Source: an uncultured Oscillospiraceae bacterium
GTDB lineage: Bacteria > Bacillota > Clostridia > Oscillospirales > Acutalibacteraceae
Assembly (NCBI GenBank): GCA_949297075.1
Contig: CASFRX010000024.1
Location: forward strand, 7,651-71,650
DNA length: 64,000 nt
Reading direction: 5' to 3'
Below the pieces are notes generated by a model. It searched no databases. It was not told where the DNA came from and saw only the letters and a program-made list of their open reading frames with translations. Of the stretch, positions 56,498 through 63,230 are shown in pieces. The translations under genes and the position numbers were made by a program. Position 1 is the first letter of the stretch. Every line of letters starts with the position of its first letter.

Positions 56498-56514
56498 TTG
56501 CACACCTTGAATTT

Positions 56515-57033
56515 TTAACTCTCTAAAAGTTTTTTGAGCTTTTCAAGAATGCGCATTTTCTTTTTGTGCACTGCATTATGGTAAATCCCTTTTTTTGCAG
56601 CATATTCCCGTTCGGTCAATCCTTCATAAAACAGCTTGCGGATCAGCTCCTGCTCATCCTCCGACAGCAGAGAAAGCATGGCAACGAGCTTGTCCGTCAT
56701 TATCTTGCGGATGACCTGCTCATCCACAGGCTCGGCGGTGTCGATCAGAATGTCCGCACCATTAAAATCATCTGTGGTCAGCATATCGATGGAGATATCT
56801 CCGTTTTCTGCCGACCGTCTGTCCAGATACCGTTGTCTGTTCTTAGTGCGGTAAAAATCGGCATATTGCTCCGGCGTCACCTCCATCAGCATTCCATGTA
56901 GCGGAACAAATTTTTTCTTCTGATAACGGATGTCTGTGCCTTTTCTATAGCATAGTTCCGAATAAGTGATTTCCTCATAGCCATCCTTTGAAAATACAAA
57001 GCATTTGGATTTGGCATATTTATCGTCTGCCAT
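56515..57033 (-). CDS. sigma-70 region-4-type protein (MGE-associated sigma factor-like regulator, Tn916 Orf7-like class)
   Basis: C-terminal region-4 HTH (LSEDEQELIRKLFYEGLTEREYAAKKGIYHNAVHKKKMRILEKLKK). Start at MADDKY, after GGAGG. Confidence 0.75.
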   Translation of the reverse strand: MADDKYAKSKCFVFSKDGYEEITYSELCYRKGTDIRYQKKKFVPLHGMLMEVTPEQYADFYRTKNRQRYLDRRSAENGDISIDMLTTDDFNGADILIDTAEPVDEQVIRKIMTDKLVAMLSLLSEDEQELIRKLFYEGLTEREYAAKKGIYHNAVHKKKMRILEKLKKLLES

Positions 57034-57048
57034 TTGGTTTTCCTCCAA

Positions 57049-57079
57049 TCAATCGTTTTGAAATTCGCAAAACGATTGA
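57049..57079 (-). promoter_or_regulatory. 12-bp perfect inverted repeat forming, with its flanks, a roughly 19-bp hairpin that buries the sigma-gene Shine-Dalgarno
   Basis: TCAATCGTTTTG (57049-57060), a 7-nt spacer, then CAAAACGATTGA (57068-57079). On the mRNA the 5' flank CCTCCCAG pairs with the 3' flank TTGGAGG, which is the SD. Confidence 0.6.
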
Positions 57080-57126
57080 CTGGGAGGACTGCGGCATCCC
57101 ACGAAAAAAATCTGCGTTATATGCAA

Positions 57127-57190
57127 AACGGCACACCGGCAGGAATAAAAACCTGCGGATGTGCCGTTGTTCTGATTTTTATTTGTTTTA
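57127..57190. terminator. strong hairpin, terminator-like on both strands, in the sigma/XRE divergent intergenic region
   Basis: AACGGCACACCGGCAGG (57127-57143) pairs with CCTGCGGATGTGCCGTT (57152-57168) with 2 mismatches. T-rich run on plus and TTTTGCAT on minus. Confidence 0.55.
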
Positions 57191-57425
57191 CAGTGATTTA
57201 GACATAGTCTGCCGACGCTCGAGGTAAAAACACAAGTGATGAATAGCACAGTAAAAGCGAGCTGAAGCTCATTTATTCGAGCACAACTCGCTAAACGATG
57301 GTTTATTCGCTTTTGCAGTTGATTATAAATTGAAACTGCCTTAGTTTTATATTACCGGATCCCCCGGCATTTGTCGGAGAATTACTGGCATTACCACTAC
57401 CTCGCTTTCTTTAATATGATTTATA

Positions 57426-57442
57426 ACTCATTTAACATGAGT
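57426..57442 (+). promoter_or_regulatory. operator-like palindrome upstream of the XRE gene
   Basis: ACTCAT-N5-ATGAGT, with a third ATGAGT copy about 20 nt downstream and a TATAAT box before the RBS. Confidence 0.35.
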
Positions 57443-57500
57443 CCAATGGTTATTTATATGAGTAATAGCACACATTATAATATGTATGAGGTGAGGTGCC

Positions 57501-57824
57501 ATGAAGAATCCGCTGGATTTATTTGCTGCCGATCTCCGTGCCGCAAGAATCAGGCGGAATCTGACACAGAGGCAGTTGGCAGAAATGCTGCACATGAGTG
57601 TGCGAACAATTATTGAACTGGAACGGTGCAAAAGCAGCCCGCGCTTTGAAACGGTGGCAACGCTTGCAAAAGAGCTGGACATCAGTTTGGATGCTGTTGT
57701 ATTCCAAGACAGCAAAACTGACAGAGTTTCAAAGAGCATAGTCGATTTCTTTTCTGACAAAAGCGAGGAAGAAATTCAAAAATACATCGCGCTTTGTGAG
57801 CAAGCGGATACACTGAAAGGTTAA
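57501..57824 (+). CDS. XRE-family helix-turn-helix transcriptional regulator
   Basis: HTH_3 motif (LRAARIRRNLTQRQLAEMLHMSVRTIIELERCKSSP). GAGGTGAGGTG RBS. Confidence 0.85.
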   Translation: MKNPLDLFAADLRAARIRRNLTQRQLAEMLHMSVRTIIELERCKSSPRFETVATLAKELDISLDAVVFQDSKTDRVSKSIVDFFSDKSEEEIQKYIALCEQADTLKG

Positions 57825-58101
57825 GACAGATCGAAAAGCAGCCATAAGGTTGCTTTTTTCTTTTATAAAGAACAAGAGCCGATGTACCGCATTTTATATT
57901 AGCGGTACATCGGCTCTGCGCTTTTGCTTCCGGCTCTTTGATGACTGTTGTATTCAGTTCTATCATATTGATTAACGTTTCTTTCTTGCATTTCGGGCAA
58001 TATAGAGGAAAGTTTTTTAATTCTGTATCGTCTCTGACTTTCACTCGAGTTTTTTGCTTGCAAATGGGACATCGAATCCATATAAGCTCTTTTTCATGCA
58101 T
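57682..58101 (-). CDS. cysteine-rich KTR domain protein; only the first ~64 codons (58101-57910) look like the family, and the remaining 75 codons read through the hairpin and antisense to the XRE gene
   Basis: The product IWIRCPICKQKTRVKVRDDTELKNFPLYCPKCKKETLINM...KEPEAKAQSR matches the Cys_rich_KTR pattern. No stop codon until 57682. Confidence 0.6.
   Translation of the reverse strand: MHEKELIWIRCPICKQKTRVKVRDDTELKNFPLYCPKCKKETLINMIELNTTVIKEPEAKAQSRCTANIKCGTSALVLYKRKKQPYGCFSICLNLSVYPLAHKARCIFEFLPRFCQKRNRLCSLKLCQFCCLGIQQHPN
57875..57917. terminator. 16-bp perfect hairpin between the convergent XRE and KTR genes
   Basis: AGAGCCGATGTACCGC (57875-57890) pairs with GCGGTACATCGGCTCT (57902-57917). 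Confidence 0.7.
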
Positions 58102-58124
58102 ATATTATCCACTCCTTATTTTTA

Positions 58125-59027
58125 CTAAGCTACCAAGTTTACCAACAAACCCGCTGCCAGTGAGAACAACATAACGAATGCAATATACAGCACAAACCGT
58201 TTTATTCCCAACACAATTTTAAGCGCGCCGAGGTTGGTGATTTTTGTTGCCGGGCCGGTGATCATAAACGCCACGGCACTGCCCAAGCTCATGCCGTCCC
58301 ACAGCCATTGCTGTAAAAGCGGAATCGTCCCGCCGCCGCAGGCATAAAGCGGCACGCCTATGGTCGCAGCCATTAACACGCCCCAAGCCTCATTGCCGCC
58401 GAACAGCGTAGTTGTGACCTCAGTTGGCACATAACGCTGAAACAGTGCTGAGAGCAGAATACCAAACAAAAAATAAAGCCCTGTTGCCCTCACATTGCGC
58501 CACAGATTTTTCAGATACCGCAGGATGATATTCGGATGGGTATCTCTGTTTTGCGGTTCGTCAAAGCCATCAAACTGAAAGAACGACTTGTTCCTATAGC
58601 GGAAACGCACCAACAGTCCGGCCGCAATCCCGCAGAAAAAGCAGGATGTAATGCGTACTACCAATGCGGTCGTTCCGAGCGCCATGCTGTATAGAATGAG
58701 CTGCGGATTGAGCAGTACCGAACTCATCATAAATGCCGCCAGCCAGTCATCCTTCATTCCGCTTTTGGAAAAAGACGCAGCGATGGGAATCGTTCCGTAC
58801 ATACACAGCGGCGAGGCAATACCGAGTGCAGAAGCAATGGGAATACCGAGTATGCCAAGCTTCTTATCACCGAGGGAACGAAAAATGTTATGAATACGGT
58901 CTTTGAGAAACACAGATACGGCAGAGCCGATGAGCATTCCCAAAATCCAAAACTTAAAAATCTGCTCAAATTGCACACTGAAATAGTACCACAGATAAAC
59001 AAATTCTCTTTGTATGACTTCAAGCAT
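58125..59027 (-). CDS. ArsP_1/UPF0718-type permease
   Basis: Eight or more TM segments with paired conserved Cys-containing loops (SPLCMYG, LYACGGGTIP). Start at MLEVIQ, after GGGAGGG. Confidence 0.65.
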   Translation of the reverse strand: MLEVIQREFVYLWYYFSVQFEQIFKFWILGMLIGSAVSVFLKDRIHNIFRSLGDKKLGILGIPIASALGIASPLCMYGTIPIAASFSKSGMKDDWLAAFMMSSVLLNPQLILYSMALGTTALVVRITSCFFCGIAAGLLVRFRYRNKSFFQFDGFDEPQNRDTHPNIILRYLKNLWRNVRATGLYFLFGILLSALFQRYVPTEVTTTLFGGNEAWGVLMAATIGVPLYACGGGTIPLLQQWLWDGMSLGSAVAFMITGPATKITNLGALKIVLGIKRFVLYIAFVMLFSLAAGLLVNLVA

Positions 59028-59050
59028 TTTCGTCCCTCCCTTAGGTAAGT

Positions 59051-59608
59051 TCATGTTTTAAATTTCAGCTCGCACCTCGCATCTATTTTGTATGCATTGA
59101 AATATCGTTCTTCAAGCGGAATCCATTTTTCCCGGAACACTTGAAGATTTTCCTTGTTCCGTTTGGCAAGGCGCTGAAACTGTTCCTCAGGAGAAACAGT
59201 CAGAAAAATATGCAGATCATAAAAATTCCAAAGCGCCGGATGGCAGCTATATGTACCCTCAATGATTGTTATTTCAGATTGTTCTGTCATAATTGGTTCG
59301 GATAATTTCATTGTATGACAGTCAAACGGTCGGTAAGAAAATGCTTTTCCTGATTTCAACGGCAATAATACTTCCGCGGCAAACCGTTCTCTGTCCACGT
59401 TGCCGCCGGGTTCGTAATACCGTTCGGCTGTTCGCTGTTCAGGGCGGAGAAAGAAATCATCCATATGAATGATATTACATGAAAGCCTTTCTTTTAATTT
59501 TTCGGCAAGTGTTGTTTTTCCGGAAGCACATCGACCGTCTATAGCAATTAACAGCTGTTTCTTTTTCTGCCGTATGCTTCCGATTTCACGGATAATTCGT
59601 CCTATCAT
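59051..59608 (-). CDS. uridine-kinase-like P-loop small-molecule kinase
   Basis: P-loop IAIDGRCASGKTT and an IHMDDFF motif. 185 aa. Confidence 0.65.
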   Translation of the reverse strand: MIGRIIREIGSIRQKKKQLLIAIDGRCASGKTTLAEKLKERLSCNIIHMDDFFLRPEQRTAERYYEPGGNVDRERFAAEVLLPLKSGKAFSYRPFDCHTMKLSEPIMTEQSEITIIEGTYSCHPALWNFYDLHIFLTVSPEEQFQRLAKRNKENLQVFREKWIPLEERYFNAYKIDARCELKFKT

Positions 59609-60171
59609 GATTCGGTTGCCGGTGCAGATTTTTTCTTTGTAAACGGTACCAGATTGGCGCGGTCAAGGGCAACCATAATAACTGGAATAAGAATGAGCTG
59701 CAGCACAATGCCGGGAGTGGCATTCATAAATGCACCTGCCATGAACATTTGGAACGTAAACCCCGAGCCGTTAATCCCCATAATCATCGCCTGCACTACA
59801 CCCCAAACTGCCCGTCCTGCAATCATGGCAATCAGAATACTGCGATACAGCGAAATCACGCATTTCCATTTGGAATGACTGTAAAGCAAACCAATCACCA
59901 AACCATAGGTTGCCAGTTCGAACGCCATCGAGACAGCATTAGGCATGGGCGGCATGGAGAAGATGACAAAACGCAGCAGAGGCAGAGTGAAACCGATGAT
60001 GCCGCCGTACTGCCAGCCGCAAATCAGTCCGCAAAGCAATACAGGGATATGCATGGGAAGCAGCATATTGCCGATCACCTGAATTTGTCCGGTTAGAAGC
60101 GGGAGTACAAGACCGAGCGCCAGAAACATGGCGGATAAGGTTAAATTTTTGATATGCTTATTCATTTTCAT
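59605..60171 (-). CDS. ECF-transporter substrate-specific (S) component, solitary
   Basis: Six-TM small protein with the LPMHIPVLL motif. No EcfA/A'/T genes nearby. 4-nt overlap with the kinase gene. Confidence 0.65.
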   Translation of the reverse strand: MKMNKHIKNLTLSAMFLALGLVLPLLTGQIQVIGNMLLPMHIPVLLCGLICGWQYGGIIGFTLPLLRFVIFSMPPMPNAVSMAFELATYGLVIGLLYSHSKWKCVISLYRSILIAMIAGRAVWGVVQAMIMGINGSGFTFQMFMAGAFMNATPGIVLQLILIPVIMVALDRANLVPFTKKKSAPATES

Positions 60172-60181
60172 GTTGTTTTCC

Positions 60182-61573
60182 TCAGTCTATGGATTTTAAT
60201 TCGTATACGCGGCTGCCAAGCCCGATTTTTTCTGCTTGCTCCAATGTATGCAAACCGTTTCGGGATTCAATTCGCTGAATCAGGGAATCTCCGTCATCGG
60301 CGCTGTAAACAAGGTCGATGCACGCCTGATCCAGAGCGACAGGATCAAAGGACGCTAAAATGCCGATGTCGTGCATATCCGGCTCGGCAGGATTACCGTC
60401 ACAGTCACAATCTACTGATAACCGGTTCATCACATTTATATACAGGATATTGCCGCTCAGCACGTCCGTCACACTTTTGCCCGCTTCAGCCATAGATTCC
60501 AGAAACGCATCCTGATCTGCGCTCCACATGCTGCCGCCCGTTCCTCCGCTATGGATATGCGCTTTCCCTTCGGAGGAGGCAATACCGATAGAAATATTCT
60601 TGATTGCGCCGCCGAATCCCGCCATGGCATGCCCTTTGAAGTGGGACAGTACAATGAAATAATCGTAATTTCCGAAGCTTGCCCCCACATAATTTTCCTT
60701 GAGATTATCGCCGCCGGTTACCGGCAGCGTCATGGAACCGTTTTCATCCATAATATCCACAGGTGCAAGTTCGGTATAGCCGTGATCCTTTGCAAGCTGT
60801 TTGTGCCGTGCGGTGCTGGCACGGTTGCCGCCGTAAGCGGTATTGCATTCGACAATCGTGGGATTGTCGAATGAACGCACCAAATCCCCAATCAGTTCAG
60901 GACGCAGGTGATTGCTGTTTTCCGATTCACCGGTAGAGAGCTTAATGGCAATTCTGCCGGAGGGAGAAGCGCCAAGAGCTTTATAAACAGCAATCAGCCC
61001 TTCCGGGGTGATATCCGTCGTCATGTAAACAACAGGTTTTTCATCATTTTGAGCAGTACTGTTGTAATCTGTAAGAGAAAGTACCATCCTTACATCTCCG
61101 TCTCCGAGAATTGCCTTCAGCTCGTCAGAACTCACGCCCTGTACTTTACCGAGTCTTGTGAAGCTCCACGAGTTTGTGTCATAATACACGGTAATTTGAT
61201 TTCCCTGATACAAAATCACATCGCCGGGTTCAGTAGTAATCTGTTCATCATTTGTCGGAAGTTCTGTTCCGAGCGAGCCGACCTTTTCAAAGTTACCGTA
61301 ATCATGAGCGTCAACAGTGATATCACCCTGCTTTAACAATTCCCGCAAAGCGGCGGCGCTGCTGTTATCCGCCAGTTTAACAGGCAGAGTATGTTCGCCT
61401 ATAATGATATACATAATATCCTCCTGTGGTAGTGTTGTGCCATCGTCCTTATTGTCCTCAATTCCGCTGTTTGACGCTGTGCTTTCTGCTGGCGGCGTAT
61501 TTGTACTGCCGCATCCTGCAAAAACGATACATAGCATAACAGCAGACAGAAAAACAGATAAAATTCGTTTCAT
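60182..61573 (-). CDS. lipoprotein with an N-terminal cyclophilin-like domain and a C-terminal DUF362 domain
   Basis: Lipobox VFAGC. Cyclophilin-like segment (FEKVGSL...GDVILYQGNQITVYY). DUF362-like segment (IKLSTGE...ECNTAYGG...HFKGHAMAGFGGAIKN...CDCDG). Confidence 0.6.
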   Translation of the reverse strand: MKRILSVFLSAVMLCIVFAGCGSTNTPPAESTASNSGIEDNKDDGTTLPQEDIMYIIIGEHTLPVKLADNSSAAALRELLKQGDITVDAHDYGNFEKVGSLGTELPTNDEQITTEPGDVILYQGNQITVYYDTNSWSFTRLGKVQGVSSDELKAILGDGDVRMVLSLTDYNSTAQNDEKPVVYMTTDITPEGLIAVYKALGASPSGRIAIKLSTGESENSNHLRPELIGDLVRSFDNPTIVECNTAYGGNRASTARHKQLAKDHGYTELAPVDIMDENGSMTLPVTGGDNLKENYVGASFGNYDYFIVLSHFKGHAMAGFGGAIKNISIGIASSEGKAHIHSGGTGGSMWSADQDAFLESMAEAGKSVTDVLSGNILYINVMNRLSVDCDCDGNPAEPDMHDIGILASFDPVALDQACIDLVYSADDGDSLIQRIESRNGLHTLEQAEKIGLGSRVYELKSID

Positions 61574-61577
61574 CAGT

Positions 61578-62681
61578 TTATCCCCTCACTTTTTTGAAAT
61601 AATCTGCAATTTCTGTCATCCGCGTCGTCTGATCTACGCTGAACGGACATCGGCTATTACAATGACCGCATCCGATACATTCGTCAGCATGAAGCTCTAA
61701 ACCCTTGTAATGTTTGGCCGCCATAGTATCGCCGTTTACTGCAAGATCGTAATATTTATTGACAAGCCCGATGTCGATTCCAACCGGGCAAGGTTTGCAA
61801 TGATTGCAGTACACACATTTTCCAACGGCTTCTGCGGGACTGAATAAACCGATAACGGAGTAATCTTTTTCTTCTTCGCTTGCTTCAAAGAAACCAAGCA
61901 GTTCTTCAACCTGTTTCACGCTGCTTGCTCCCGGCAAAACCGTCAGTACGCCGGGGCGATCCAGCGCATATTTCATACATTGATATTTTGTCAGTGCCTT
62001 ACCGAACGGGGAGAGGGAGGCATCCAGCAGCTGACCTCCGGAGAATGGTTTCATCACTGTAATACCTATATTTTCCTTCTCGCAGCGGCGATAAATGGCG
62101 GCGCGTTCATCTACTGAGCCTTTAGCGTATTCTCCCTTTTGATAATCATAACCCGGATTGACCGAGAACATCAGCATATCTACGGGAGCTTCGTTCAATA
62201 CTTTTTGAATTGTTTGGGGCGTATGAGAAGATAGCCCAATACGGCGGACTATTCCTTGTTCGTGGAGCTTCATCAAATAGTCAAAAGCACCGTTTTTTTG
62301 ATAATCTTCCCAATCGGTCGTTTCGTCAATACAATGAATAAAACCATAGTCTATATAATCCGTCTTGAGATTTTCAAGCTGCCACGAAATGCTGCGTTTC
62401 ACAGCTTCTCCGTCTGTACTCCATCCGTAAGTTCCAGCAGAATAATCTGCACCGAAATGGACTTGATACATTATGTTTTTCCGCACTTCATACAGAGCTT
62501 TTCCGAAATACGCGAATGTTTTGCCATCTGCCGTAGCAAGATCAAAATAATTTACGCCACCTTCATATGCACGGCGGATTGTTTCAACCGCATCTTTTTC
62601 AGATGCTTCCGCAATATATGATGTACCAAAGCCCAATACGCTGATTTTATCATTTGTCCGCTTGTTAATTCTATATTCCAT
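61578..62681 (-). CDS. aldo/keto reductase with a C-terminal 2x[4Fe-4S]-type Cys cluster domain
   Basis: AKR N-terminus (VLGFGTS...GVNYFDLA). CNHCKPCP and CIGCGHCNSRCP motifs. Confidence 0.8.
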   Translation of the reverse strand: MEYRINKRTNDKISVLGFGTSYIAEASEKDAVETIRRAYEGGVNYFDLATADGKTFAYFGKALYEVRKNIMYQVHFGADYSAGTYGWSTDGEAVKRSISWQLENLKTDYIDYGFIHCIDETTDWEDYQKNGAFDYLMKLHEQGIVRRIGLSSHTPQTIQKVLNEAPVDMLMFSVNPGYDYQKGEYAKGSVDERAAIYRRCEKENIGITVMKPFSGGQLLDASLSPFGKALTKYQCMKYALDRPGVLTVLPGASSVKQVEELLGFFEASEEEKDYSVIGLFSPAEAVGKCVYCNHCKPCPVGIDIGLVNKYYDLAVNGDTMAAKHYKGLELHADECIGCGHCNSRCPFSVDQTTRMTEIADYFKKVRG

Positions 62682-62689
62682 ACATTCTC

Positions 62690-63211
62690 CTACTGAAGGC
62701 TTTTCCCAAACTCGCGCAATTCATTCAGTTTTTCCTCTGATTTGTTTTCTTTGTCGTATGCCGAGAAAATACCCATATCCTCTAATTTTAAATAGTTGAG
62801 GAAAGAATTCTGATACTCATAGATTGCACCACAATAAACATGATTGCTGCCTGAACTCATTATCAGAGCAGCCTTTTTCAGCTTCTTCGGTTTATCCAGC
62901 GCATAAATGCGGTTTATGGCGCATTGAAGTTGCCCCGTAAAGCTGTGATAATAAATCGGAGACGCCAACACGATCATTTCAGCTTCTTTAAGAAGCGGAT
63001 AAACATTTTGCATATCATCCTTTTGGATGCAAGTGCCGTTTCCTTTGGTATGGCAATATTCACAGGCGAGGCAGCCACCGATTTTCTTTTGACAGACATC
63101 TATCACATTTACTTCATGCCCGCTTTCTCTTGCTCCTTCCGTAAAAGCATTTACCATTGCAGAGGTATTGCCGTCACGCCTCGGACTTCCGTTCAATACT
63201 AAAATTTTCAT
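62690..63211 (-). CDS. flavodoxin-like NAD(P)H-dependent FMN reductase / iron-sulfur flavoprotein family
   Basis: MKILVLNGSPRRDGNT N-terminus with a GCLACEYC Cys cluster. Confidence 0.8.
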   Translation of the reverse strand: MKILVLNGSPRRDGNTSAMVNAFTEGARESGHEVNVIDVCQKKIGGCLACEYCHTKGNGTCIQKDDMQNVYPLLKEAEMIVLASPIYYHSFTGQLQCAINRIYALDKPKKLKKAALIMSSGSNHVYCGAIYEYQNSFLNYLKLEDMGIFSAYDKENKSEEKLNELREFGKSLQ

Positions 63212-63230
63212 AATGTTGTTTTGCCTTTTC

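Noticed and set aside
56012-56526. Plus-strand ORFs in all three frames (168, 75, 65 and 73 aa) opposite the mazF upstream region.
   Set aside because: Their Arg/Cys/Pro-rich composition is implausible. They overlap each other and the mazF start. No RBS is present. They are best explained as stop-poor shadow frames of a GC-rich non-coding segment.
51321-57380. Possible att direct repeat: CGGCATTTCGGCGG (about 51320) against CGGCATTTGTCGGAG (about 57366), which would delimit a ~6-kb mini-element.
   Set aside because: Only an 8-nt exact core is shared. Serine-recombinase att sites do not require long direct repeats. The genes to the right (XRE, KTR and the cargo operon) are themselves MGE-typical and GC-rich, so the element more likely continues past 57.4 kb.
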